Shown here one piece after another: positions 11,961 to 23,149 of a stretch of DNA of 64,000 nt. Each line of letters opens with the position of its first letter. The first letter of the stretch is position 1. The notes beneath the pieces were generated by a model that worked only from the letters and a program-made list of their open reading frames with translations, ran no database searches and was not told the origin of the DNA. The DNA is from Octopus bimaculoides (taxonomy: Eukaryota): NCBI RefSeq assembly GCF_001194135.2, contig NC_068982.1, forward strand, positions 1,663,377 to 1,727,376. The letters run 5' to 3'. Made by a program: the position numbers and the translations under genes.

Positions 11961-13459
11961 CTAAACGAATACACATGCAAGCTGCTTAAACTGCTTCAGT
12001 TCCTCAATGGTGTTCCACCAACCTGCTGATTACACTAGAAAGACTTTCTTGAAAGGACCAATATTTTCAGTTTTTGTAACACTTATTCTGACCCCGCCTT
12101 AAAGGATTCGGCAGTGAATCCAGTCAAATCGAATAAGAATTGAAGTTCTGTTCTATTGATACATAAACAAAACGCGTTGAAAGGGAAGGCGATTTTTTTC
12201 ATTCTCTGGCAAACAATTCTATTGAGTTATTTTCACGTATATTGAAAATGATTTTCTATGTGACGTTCGGCAGTTGAAAGGTGATTACACTATTTTATGC
12301 ATACATTATGGTCAAGCGACTTTACTGAACGGGCTAAAAGGTTCTGTCAAAATTTTAAATGATATTTAAAATCCATCCGTTCATTCTTCATTCCACAATA
12401 GATATGAATGTATTTGACATTTCCAGTCTCTTCATTCGATGCAATGAAAATATGATTGGTGAATTTTTTTAAACAAATTATTTCAGAAATTCCCTTTTAT
12501 TTTTGATTGTTTAAGAGCTTATGTCTGTATTTGATTTTGCTTTAAAAGATAATGAAACCCATTATGGTTTTACATTCTACAATGAAACCTGATAGTTCAA
12601 AAACACGTACTCTACATAATAGGAGAATGGATTATAATAAATGGAATAGAAACAAAAGCTAGTTTCATACTTTGCTTATAATCTAATATATATATATATA
12701 TATATATATTCTTGAGCATTTGCGAGAAGAAGAGATGGAAGACAGAAAAAGAGAACAATTACACAATCAAGCGATATTATTCGGTATAATGATTCAATAC
12801 AAAAATGTTTCATTCCAATGCCAAGTCCGATATTGTTGAGCTTAAATAGTAAAATGTTTGCCAAGTTTAATTGAGAAGAAAATTATTCATATATTCTATA
12901 TTAGAAATATCAAATCTATTATTAAATGTAAAACGATAATTGTTGCAATTTTCTATAGCAAATTGTCTCACTACCACATTACTATATACGATGTTGTTTA
13001 TAAGAATAAGTAACGGTGTTATTTTCATGAAAATATACGTTTCCTATGGAGAGAGAAATTGAAACAATGAAACGAAATGAAAGATATCCGTAAACATCCC
13101 TCTCGCATATTTTGAATAGAAATGTGGATATTTGATACGTTGGTTATAGAATGTAGGAGAAACGCGGATCAATTAAAAATCGCACCTTTCTTTCTATTTT
13201 AAGTAACTCTTTGGATACTGCACGATCAAAGAACATATTTTCAATAAGTAGAAATTCTGTAATTTCAATATTCTTCAATTCAAGATACATTAAATAATGA
13301 CATAATTGAAACAAACATATTCTGTTGAGTAATTAAGACAAAACAAGTAATTGCTACACAGAAACCAACACAAAAGCTAGAAATAGCAACCATACAAACA
13401 AAACCTACCATAACTATTTGAATTGTATAATGGCTGCCAGAAAAAAAGGATTGCTCTGT

Positions 13460-13513
<54 letters not shown>

Positions 13514-13699
13514 GCAACATAACCTCCATAAACTAGAAATCCCTAAACATGGATTACCTCATCAGTATTTGAAACTGTATGTCAATTGAGAGTATAAAAT
13601 ATACAAGAAAACTAACTCTCACGAACCAAGAAACTAAGAACTCCTAAACATGTTTATCCCTACGAGAATTACAAGTTCAGTGAAGGACCACCAAGAACT

Positions 13700-14400
13700 A
13701 CGAAAGAAAAAAATACAAATGGGTCACATTGAACAAGCATAACAAACGTATACATACAACATCATCTGCCTATCGTTTCGACATATGGCCAATATTATTC
13801 AATCCATCAACGTCGATAGCGATAAACACTGAAGCACTGCTTGTGAATTAGTACATTAACATGGGTCTTCTTTCATGTCTTGTACTAAAGCTCTTATCGC
13901 TTTCTCTTTTGCATTCTTCATTGAATGTGTCCTTAGGATACTTCTGTGAATACTGGAACTTATCTGGATCTTCGTGTTCACCAAACTAACGAAACTGCTT
14001 CTAAGTTTTGGTACCCTCATTAACCACTGCCCGGTCAAAGGATACCGACCATAAAGATTCATTTAAATGTCCTTAATAATGAAATGAACTTACTGTTCCC
14101 CTTCTTCAGGTTATGACTGTGATCTGCGTCTCCCACAACGATTCAGATCTCAGCTTCGCCATATCCTCTCTCTTGTATATGTATTCTCGAACCTAGGGCT
14201 ATACATGGACCAAACCTCTCAGTGCCCAATGAAAATTCTTACACTTTCCGATATGTAAGTCTATGTTCTTGTTTGTCTCCACTTAAATCCTCAGAGAAGA
14301 AGGTCGACGATTTCGTGACATTTATGCTCAGGAATTTCTTTTGTCTCATACTTGAAACATATTCTGAATTCCTGTCTGGTGGGCAACGATAGATAATTGT
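13700..14400 (-). mobile_element. R4/Dong-clade LINE remnant (post-RT region)
   Basis: SRIHIQERGYGEA (cf. DRLY.PR.EGGRGL) and LYGRYP...QWL (cf. LHG.YP...WL); heavily decayed. Confidence 0.4.
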
Positions 14401-14553
14401 TTATTGTCTTTGTCGTCTTCATTTTTTGTTAATGTTGTTTGCGATGTTGACATTTTCCTGTCTGTGTCACAGAATTTGCTTGCTTATATGTTAAATTTAA
14501 AAAAAAATTTCTTTCTGACAATTTTAATTTTTGGTCTGTGTATGTGTTTACAG

Positions 14554-14671
14554 AATACTCGAAAGTAATTTTAAAATTCCAGTAGAATTTACACCAGAGG
14601 AAGAAGCAATCGTTATGTACAGAAAAGCAAAATTTCAATACAAAAAAAAATCCCTCGTGTGTCCTGCCAAG
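14554..14671 (+). CDS. Candidate 118-nt exon or LINE-derived open frame, unknown
   Basis: Acceptor TATGTGTTTACAG| and donor AAG|GTGAAA; 39 open codons, ILESNFKIPVEFTPEEEAIVMYRKAKFQYKKKSLVCPAK. Confidence 0.2.
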
Positions 14672-14827
14672 GTGAAAAGGGCTCTCACGCAAATTTTCAA
14701 AGAATGATAATCCACTGAATGTATTAATATCAAGCAAATTTACTTAGAAAATAACTCACTCCAGAGTTTCAATACATATGTATATGGCCATAACTAACAC
14801 ATGCAATTATTAATAAGAATAAAAGCA

Positions 14828-15030
14828 TAAGGGAGCGAGCTGGCAGAATCGTTAACACGCCGAGCAAGATGCTTCGAGGCATTTCGGTAATCTTTACGTC
14901 TTGAGTTCAAATTCCGCCGAGGTCGATTTAGCTTTTCATCCTTTCGTGGTGGATAAAATAGGTAGGTGTCGATGTAAGCAATTTACACCTCCCAAGAAAT
15001 GCTAGCCCTGTGGCAAAATTTGAAACTAAC
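14828..15030 (+). mobile_element. SINE family A
   Basis: A-box-like GCTGGCAGAATCG and B-box GAGTTCAAATTCC, followed by GCCGAGGTCGA...CATCCTTTCG core. Confidence 0.85.
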
Positions 15031-15239
15031 ATCATTTTTACATCAATTTGTATTATGAGTTTGATCAAGCAATTTTGTTTTCTTGGCTCTCACTAGAACC
15101 TGCTACCTTACGGTCTAAATTTGCTTTGAAATTAACGCTAACAACCCCTGCCCCGAACTTGTTGGCCTTGGTCCAAAATTTGAAACCAATATAAGTAAGA
15201 ACGTCGATAATAACGATATGATGGTGATGGTATTACTTC

Positions 15240-15540
15240 TAATAATAATCCTTTCTAATATAGGCACAAAGCCCGAAACATTGAGGGAGGGGGCTAGTTG
15301 ATTTCATCGACCTCAGTGCGTAACTGGTACGTAATTCATTGACTCCGAAATAATAATAATAATAATAATAATGATAATAATAATAAAAATCCTTTCTACT
15401 GGAAGCACAAGGCATCACATTTGGGGGAAAGAATTTTAAGTCGATTACATCGATCCCCAGTGCGTAACTGGTACTAATTTTAATAACTCCGAAAGTCGAC
15501 CTCGGCGGAATTGGAGCTCCGAACATGGAGATAGACGAAA
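15240..15540 (-). mobile_element. Two tandem 3' parts of SINE family A separated by (AAT)n
   Basis: AATCCTTTCTA..GCACAA...ATCGA.C.CAGTGCGTAACTGGTAC occurs at ~15247-15330 and again at ~15388-15477; (AAT)n at 15349-15386. Confidence 0.8.
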
Positions 15541-16019
15541 TATGAGTTGTGCTCCGTTATATAGTTTGATTTGCTTCTCCAGATGCCGACCGGCAGGGCC
15601 CACGACAATCGGAGCGTAATTTTGGTTTTGTCACTACTTTCTAAGAGTGGTACCAATCAACTCGATGTGTTTGGTGAATGATGCTATAGCGATGATGTCC
15701 TCTTCCTTGCTAACTCAAATTTCCACATCTCAGCTCGCGGGTCACTAGTGTGCACAGCAGAAACGCAAGAGTCGGTACACACAGGAGAGACGAAGTGGGA
15801 AACATTGACAAGGCATATGATACTAAATAGTTTCAATATTTGAACATCTACCTTAACAACTTGGAGGTCGTCCAACATTTGAAGACGGAAGAGAAACTGG
15901 CTCGTGTGAGAACCGGCATCAAGCATCATCGGTTCAACATATCGAAACTTCTCCATTGATCTAAAGTGATCATTCCACTCTCATACAAAGTTGTTTACAG
16001 AACCTCTCTTTATACTGTA

Positions 16020-16600
16020 TCACATGTGGTAGAGATTGTGGGAAGAAGATACGTTCGGGGAAGCGTGTGTTGATACATCACTAACAGACGCCAGACTCCC
16101 TTACAAACGTTGGTCAACATTTTGAAATTCATGTTTGGCAGAGTTATGAGCAAAGAAATTTATTGTGGAATAAATTTTATTGTGGAAGGGATGTGTTCCG
16201 CTCGTGAGACGGTTCATTTGCTTTCAACAGCCGCTGAGTGCAGGACTGGGCACGCCGTGGCTAATGATGCGTAGACACGCGCTGAGGCTGCGACATCTCC
16301 AACGTTTTCTTAACGGTGAGTAAGGTGTAGTCTCCGTTTGTCACGCAGGATTTTCCACAACTCGTTTTATTGACGGAGCTACAGTCCTGGATCAAGCGGA
16401 GAACAAGAAAGGGCGCAGGTAACGCGGTCGGTGAAAGTCACACTATGGAGTTCCATAGGAAATTAGTAGTTGGGAAGTGCAACGACGTCCTTGGACGTCA
16501 GGAGGGGTCAGTTAACTGGTCTTTCCAGAGGACTTTCGGACCGGTGCTTATGGATAACTTCCAGAAATCTCTAGCGTGTCAATGCTACCGGGGTGGGGTC
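16020..16600 (+). mobile_element. L1/Tx1-like LINE fragment (RT C-terminus to start of zf-RVT)
   Basis: From 16225: QQPLSAGLGTPWLMMRRHALRLRHLQRFL (GGLG-motif region). ORF 16370-16606 ends FGPVLMDNFQKSLACQCYRG, the sequence expected just before the LP.RDKL motif seen at ~2990. Confidence 0.7.
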
Positions 16601-16602
16601 GA

Positions 16603-16652
16603 GTAAGCATTTTGTCCGGTGTGTTAACGATTCTGCCAACCCGCCGCCTTAG
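16603..16652 (-). mobile_element. 5' head of SINE family A
   Basis: TAAGCATTTTGTCCGGTGTGTTAACGATTCTGCCAACCCGCCGCCTT is the reverse complement of the family A head. Confidence 0.7.
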
Positions 16653-16666
16653 CCTAGGGTAGAAAC

Positions 16667-16703
16667 AACAATAATAATTATTATCATTGTTAGTAGTAGT
16701 AGT

Positions 16704-16735
<32 letters not shown>

Positions 16736-16736
16736 C

Positions 16737-16789
<53 letters not shown>

Positions 16790-16821
16790 TAGTAGTAGTA
16801 GTAGTCGTAGTAATGATAATA
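16667..16821. repeat. Compound (AAT)/(AGT)n/(AGC)n microsatellite
   Basis: Direct reading. Confidence 0.95.
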
Positions 16822-17421
16822 ATGATTTCTTTTATTTGCCACCAGGGCAAAGGATGAAGGGAACAATACAAAGACAGACAACAAGTGTTGGCGGGATTAC
16901 ATAGAATGGAATGAGAGACAAAAGTATATAGAAATGTATTGAAAATATACAGAATATGCAATAAGAGCGAGAAAGGAAAATTACATAGAATACAATAATG
17001 AAAATAAGACAAAATAAATAAATAAAATAAACATGAAAATAAAAGAAGAAAGGGGAGATAATAACGGGGATGTGACCCTCCTGAGAGAGGAGACCTCTTG
17101 CGATATTCAAGGACCCCCACCGTCCAAGATTACGCTGAACACCAAGGGCAGGTGTCCTCTTCAATTCCTGTTATCCGACTCACAAGTCTATACTTAGAGC
17201 GGTACCATCCACTCTTGTCATCGTTGCAACTTTCACTCACCTTTCAGTAAATTCACTTGAAGACAACACTCCCCCCCCCCACGCCCCGCAACTTCCCTCT
17301 CCACTCAAGTGAAACTGGGAAAAGTCGATGAGGGCTCTACCGAAGGGGAAAGTCTCTGTCCTCATGTCTTTCAGCCTCGTCCTCCAGACAAACCCTTCCG
17401 CCACCACCAGGAGGCAAAGGA

Positions 17422-17422
<1 letters not shown>
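16822..17422 (-). mobile_element. L1/Tx1-like LINE 3' end, 5'-truncated
   Basis: ORF 17237-17533 contains FLCLLVVAEGFVWRTRLKDMRTETF, homologous to the 2442-3000 copy. 3' UTR ends AATAAA followed by an ATT-rich tail. Confidence 0.7.
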
Positions 17423-17495
<73 letters not shown>

Positions 17496-17617
17496 GCATA
17501 AGAGCACCACAGCAAACCACAGCACATACCCAAGGCGCACAGAGCTGCGCTCGGTAGTGAAGTGAAAGCACGTTATAAAAATAAAACTACTGAACAATAA
17601 TAATAAAGCTACTGAAC

Positions 17618-17663
<46 letters not shown>

Positions 17664-17676
17664 GTTATTATTATTA
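17423..17676. repeat. (AAT)n tracts enclosing a short LINE-like 3' terminus (17496-17620)
   Basis: (AAT)n at 17423-17495 and 17617-17663. Between them ...AGTGAAGTGAAAGCACGTTATAAAAATAAAACTACTGAACAATAATAATAA, with CTACTGAACAATAATAAT duplicated. Assignment to R4/Dong is from recollection only. Confidence 0.6.
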
Positions 17677-17860
17677 TTGTCGGCGCTCTGGGAACTGTGA
17701 GTAAAAATCTTGAGAAGTATTTGCAACAAATGGGAGTGGGATTAATGGTGGGGCACTTGGAGAAAAGAGCACTGCTTGGAACCGCTCGAATACTCCGGAT
17801 GGTGCTCGAAAGATAAGAGGTGTTACCTTGGTTCATTGGTAGTGAGCAGCTAGCACCGTA
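17677..17860 (+). mobile_element. R4/Dong-clade LINE extreme 3' end
   Basis: VGALGTVSKNLEKYLQQMGVGLMVGHLEKRALLGTARILRMVLER*, the typical GALG...LLGTARILR terminus; flanked by TTA/TAA repeats. Confidence 0.85.
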
Positions 17861-17872
17861 TAATAATAATAA

Positions 17873-18076
17873 TTCCTAGTATAGGCACAAGGTTGACATT
17901 TTGGGGGTGGAAATAAGTCAATTATCAGTGCGTAACTGGTAATCAATGTATTGATTCCAAAAGGACGAAAGGCAAAGTCGACTTCAGCGGAATCTGAACT
18001 CAGAACGTAGCGGTAGACGAAATACCACTAAGCATTTCATCCACCGTGCTAAAGATTCTGCCAGCTTACCGCCTTC
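17873..18076 (-). mobile_element. SINE family A
   Basis: Near full length: AAAGGCAAAGTCGAC..CGGAAT.TGAACTCAGAACG...GATTCTGCCAGCT..CCGCCTT; followed by (AAT)n at 18100-18187. Confidence 0.85.
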
Positions 18077-18098
18077 CAATGATAACAACAACAACATC

Positions 18099-18179
<81 letters not shown>

Positions 18180-18574
18180 TAATAATGATATTGATATTAA
18201 ATGCGTATGAGTGTGTACATGTTACTTTAAATTTTGTTATTCCTCATTTGCGTTTGTTTATAATTTGTCTCCATCGGACTAATGTGTCTGGGTAAATCAA
18301 TTTATGTCTATGTGATTTCCGACTGTCAGTTTGTATGCATGTATGTGTGCGGGCGTTTCCTCTTGCATTGATATTAATCTAATAATAGATGAATGCAAAG
18401 GTGATAATAACGTAGTATTTAGATTACAGTATCACCTATTTATATTATCGTGATGTGTGACGTCAACGTTGTCAAGAAACTGCTCAATGAGATCCGTAAA
18501 CATCAACCCACGTTTTAAAGCGAATACAGTAGGAATTAATTTACTGGTCTGTTTAGAGCTCACATATGCTGAAT

Positions 18575-18675
18575 AGTATTTCGTGGTACTACTGCTACTG
18601 CTACTACAACAATTAGTAGTAATAGTAGTAGTAGTAGCAGCAGCAGCAATAGTAGTAGTAGTTGTTGCTGTGATG

Positions 18676-18706
<31 letters not shown>

Positions 18707-18710
18707 CTGT
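18575..18710. repeat. Compound (ACT)/(AGT)n/(AGC)n microsatellite
   Basis: Direct reading. Confidence 0.9.
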
Positions 18711-19165
18711 TGTTATTTCTTGCATCGAAGAACGTCACTCGGCATGAAAGCATGAAATTCCTTGTTTACATTTCCAGTAGTCATCCGGAAGTTGTCGAAG
18801 AACTTCAAGTAGATGACTGCAGGAAAATCAACGACAAGGCTGGAATTCCAGTGGCAGTGGTATGACGTTCTTTGCGGAGGAAGCCTTCAAGAAAATGTTG
18901 ATTAGAGGGCATCACAGTACAGGTGACAAGAGGAAGATGGAAGAGGGAGTCGTTTAGCTCTGAGGGCAGTTGCAAAGGGTTCGTCCAAATTGGACGAGAG
19001 GCGACCTCTACTGTAAACGAAAAATAATAGGTCTGCCCGAAAAAGAAAAGCACAAGTTTGTAAAGCGACATTTCGAGTGATTTGATGGACGAGTGCAAGC
19101 CATTAAAACGGATGCCTTAACGAGGGATGAGGTCTAAAATGCATTATCACAGCGGTGTGTTTATT

Positions 19166-19379
19166 CTTTTGTACACTAGGCACAAGGACCGAAATTTTGG
19201 GGCCGGGAGCCAGTCGATTAGATCGACCCCAGTATGCAACTGGCACTTAGTTTATCGACCCCGAAAGGATGAAAAGCAAAGTCGACCTCGGCGAAATTTG
19301 AACCATGAAAGTAAAGACAGACGAAATACCGCTAAGCATTTTCCCCGGCGTGCTAACGTTTGTGCCACCTTGCCTCCTT
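19166..19379 (-). mobile_element. SINE family A with 17-bp target-site duplication
   Basis: Full-length copy flanked by ACAGCGGTGTGTTTATT at 19149-19165 and 19380-19396. Confidence 0.92.
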
Positions 19380-19432
19380 ACAGCGGTGTGTTTATTGTGC
19401 CTTAATGTTCCGAAAACCCTCAAATCTATCTC

Positions 19433-19483
<51 letters not shown>

Positions 19484-19656
19484 CAGCAGCAGTACCAAAC
19501 GACTTCCCAGGACAAAAATAAACCGTTGTTGCTGATGTTTTTCTTGTTGTTGTTAACTTCAATTTCAAACCCTCTAGCATTCGGATTACTCTGTCGGATA
19601 TAATAATTATCTATTCACATTGTTTTAACTTAATCCTGCGTTATTATCTCCCCGCT

Positions 19657-19880
19657 AAAGGCAGCGAGCTGGCAGAATCATTCGCGCACCGGGAAAAATT
19701 ATTAGCGGGATTTCGTCCGTCTTAAAGACGTTCTGTGTTCAAATTGCACCGAGATCGACTTTGCTCTTCATCCTTTCGGGGTCGATGAAATAAGTACCAG
19801 TTACGTACTGGGGTCAATATAATCGACTAGTCCCTTTCGCCAAAAATTTTCAAGGCTTTGTGCCTAGACATAATTATTAT
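19657..19880 (+). mobile_element. SINE family A
   Basis: AAGGCAGCGAGCTGGCAGAATC...GTTCAAATT...TCATCCTTTCGGGGTCGAT..AATAAGTACCAGTT...TTGTGCCTA. Confidence 0.9.
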
Positions 19881-20469
19881 CCAGTTGCTATGAGATTTCG
19901 ATGATATTATATTTTATTGTTAGAATGACATTGTAAGGTAGGTGTTAGAGACCGGATCTGGTCAGTTTAAATATAAAACAGGTAGAACATTAGGACTAGA
20001 TAAGGCCGGATTAAATGCAAATGGGTTAATCCTTCATGCAACCGGTGGGGATTCGTCCAAAACTTAAGTATTTTTTGCATACTTGTATAAATCCGAATTC
20101 TTCACTACGAAAGTGTCTTCAGTGACTCTTCAAAGATTCAAGTGTAAACCGTAACGGAAGCAACCAGGAAGTACGAGAATAAAATCCTTTTACGTCCCAG
20201 CCTTTTCCTAGACCACTTGCAAATCTTAGAAGAACTCAAAGAATGGCACCAGCCAACTCTAAATGTTTTTGTTCTTCATTTAAGGCTGGAAAAATATCAA
20301 CAAGATATCAACAATTATTTGTGTAATTGTTAATTGTTCCAGGAAATTGGTGGACTTTCTGAAGTCTTTGATAAGATGTACTCTGTTTTGCACGAAATAC
20401 TGTGAAACAGAGTTGAAGAAGTGGCACATCACTAATGTTGATTTTTTTCCCTGATGGTTAAATATTTAT

Positions 20470-20797
20470 AAACTGCTCCTCCGTCGGTTACAACGACTAG
20501 TGTTCCAGTTGATCCGATCAACGGAACAGCCTACTCGTGAAATTAACGTGCAAATGGCTGAGCACTCCACAGACACATGTATCCTTAACGTAGTTCGCGG
20601 GAGATTCAGCCTGACTGTGGATGTTACAAGGCTGGCCCTTCTGTAATTATTGGTACTACTTATTGTTGCTACCTGAGAAGACTGGAGCAACGGAAAATAT
20701 AGTGTCTTTCTCAAGGATACGACGCACTGCCGGGAATCGAACTCAAGATCTTACGATCGTTAGCCGAATGCCCTGACCACTAAGCCACGCGCCTACT
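20470..20797 (-). mobile_element. tRNA-headed SINE family C (CORE-like)
   Basis: Minus strand: A-box TGGCTTAGTGG, B-box GAGTTCGATTCC, then TCCTTGAGAAAGACACT resembling the CORE/MIR TCCTTGGGCAAG.CACTT motif. Confidence 0.85.
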
Positions 20798-21445
20798 CAA
20801 TATGTATACCACGTCTAAATTACGCACATGTTTATACGGTTTGCATTTCTTTTTGAGGATTTACCGAGGTGTTGCAGATTAGTCGTAGAGTTTTTTTATT
20901 TCTAAGTGTAATATAATAATACAAGCTGACAACTTTCACAGCTTGCCGTTTTATGGTAAGATAGGAAAGTCACTCAGTTGGTAAATTTTTGGGCGATTCT
21001 TGTATACTTATGGAAATTGTATTGCTGCATCTATTGCATAATAGGAGGATAGGATATGTCATCATGTGTTATATATCTTGTTAGGATTGGATAATTTGGA
21101 GTCTGTCCTGTGCAATCAAGTTAAATTCCCAATTAACAAAAGTTGCAGACGGATTTGGTCAAGAAATTATAGGAACGTGATTTACGTCACTAATATAAAA
21201 ACAAGAAAAATATAGGAACAAATTATCTTATAGCTTAAATATAATTAATTATATATAATTATATATAATTAAGCATTTCCTGATATGATATTTTAGTTTC
21301 CGCTGTTTTATTTCTGACCATGTACTCCCAGTGCACTTTCGTCCTTTGGGTGAGTGTTTCGACTACATTTCACACTGCATCATTTAGTGACAAGTAATTC
21401 TAACTTTTGCATGGGAGATAATTATGGTTAAGACCTAGAATATCT

Positions 21446-21662
21446 TTTCTACTCTAGGCACAAGACCCGAAATTTTGTGAGAGGGGGCCAGTCAATTAGA
21501 TCGATCCCAGTAGGCAAATGGTACTTAATTTATCGACCCCGAAAGGATGAAAAGCAAAGTCGACCTCGGCGGAATTTGAACTCAGAACATAAAGACAGAC
21601 TAAATATCGCTAAGCCTCCCCCCCCCCCGGTGTGCTAACGTTTCGGCCAGCTCACCGCCTTG
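21446..21662 (-). mobile_element. SINE family A with 15-bp target-site duplication
   Basis: Flanked by AGACCTAGAATATCT (21431-21445) and AGACCTGGAATATCT (21663-21677), one mismatch. Confidence 0.92.
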
Positions 21663-21943
21663 AGACCTGGAATATCTGTTAAAGAACGTATGTAGACTGT
21701 ATCGGTTATCAAGTCCTACATTCAAGAAATGACTGATTCTAATTCATCAGAGTTAAATATCTCGAGATTTTCTTTAGAAAGATGTGTTGCCTATTGCGGC
21801 TGAAACATCAAGTAACAGACATTTCCTTTCTTGGCGATTCTTGACGAAATGATGTGGTTAATTTTCTTAATCATCCTGTTATTGGGAATGCGATACAACA
21901 CTAAAATATAGAACAGTATCACTAATAGTTACTTTTATTTTTT

Positions 21944-21944
<1 letters not shown>

Positions 21945-21976
<32 letters not shown>

Positions 21977-22573
21977 CATCTTCTTCTTCTTCTTCTTCTT
22001 CTTCTTCTTCTTCTTCTTCTTCTTCTTCTTCTTCTGTTCGTGTTCTACTTGTTTTTTCTTCTTTTTCCTCCTTCTGCGTTGACTCTCTTCAATTGAATGG
22101 TGAACGATAATTCGCTACTTCTCAATGTGTATAGCCTAAAAAGCTACACCATCCCTATTGCAACGAACAACCATAGCAGCAGCAGCGGCAGCGGCAGCAG
22201 CAGCAGCAGCAGCAGCAGCAGCGGCAGTAACCTGTCATATTCAACCATAATAGGTCGTAGAGTCGATCACAAGANNNNNNNNNNNNNNNNNNNNNNNNNN
22301 NNNNNNNNNNNNNNNNNNNNNNNNNNNNNNNNNNNNNNNNNNNNNNNNNNNNNNNNNNNNNNNNNNNNNNNCCGCCGCTGCCGCCGCTGCCGCCGCTACC
22401 GCCGCTACCGCCGCTGCCGCCGATGCCGCCGCCGGTGCTGCTAGTTATGGGTGACAGCAACAAAACTCATGACGAGAAGAGAAACAATAAACCAAGTGAA
22501 GAGGTACGTGATAAGAGGAAAGCAACCCCATCGCCACCACCATTCGCTACTACTGTTGCCAACACAATCACTG

Positions 22574-22612
<39 letters not shown>

Positions 22613-22615
22613 AAG
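21945..22615. repeat. Trinucleotide repeat island: (TTG)n(TTC)n, (AGC/GGC)n, gap 22275-22371, (GCC/GCT)n, (ACT)n
   Basis: Direct reading. Confidence 0.9.
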
Positions 22616-23149
22616 TAACAGTCCAAAGCAATAGGATTGCCAGTATTACAAAGGCGAAATCCTTCACAAAAGCGGCAACATAATAGCGTACGTGTTCTTA
22701 TAGCGGAAAAACGAACCTATTTTAAAGATGCTGAAAAGCTTAAAAACTGCTATCAAGAAGCATTTTAAGGGTATCCAAATAATTCTAGTGGATACAGAAT
22801 TTCAGACAAACTGTTAAGTACAAATGTATCTAAATGGACATCCAACGTGTGTAAATGGCCACTCACGCCGAAGTGGAAAGGTATTTGTGCGTACTATGAG
22901 TGAGCATAGATTTTATCATCGGGTCCCGGAAAATCGGTGCCGTCAATAGGAAATACCTTAACAGAAACTTGACATAAAACACTAAATTCTTTCCTGTAGG
23001 GTTAAGGAATTTGGATTGTCTCCCATTTATCTACGAGGACGCATAATGATGAAAATATCCGGTGTCATCACAGCTGGATATCTGGTGGATTCGAGTGTCT
23101 GTCTTCTCAATTTGCACCTGAACATGGCCTTCATTAGAACAGAAAGGTG

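Noticed and set aside
18740-19140. GC-richer block as a possible exon or Tx1 linker region
   Set aside because: No clean open frame or diagnostic motif; probably TE debris but it cannot be assigned.
21332-21349. 18-nt microexon candidate (CTCCCAG| ... |GTGAGT), and similar ones near 7739, 49620 and 57750
   Set aside because: Such short matches are expected by chance in 64 kb and have no independent support.
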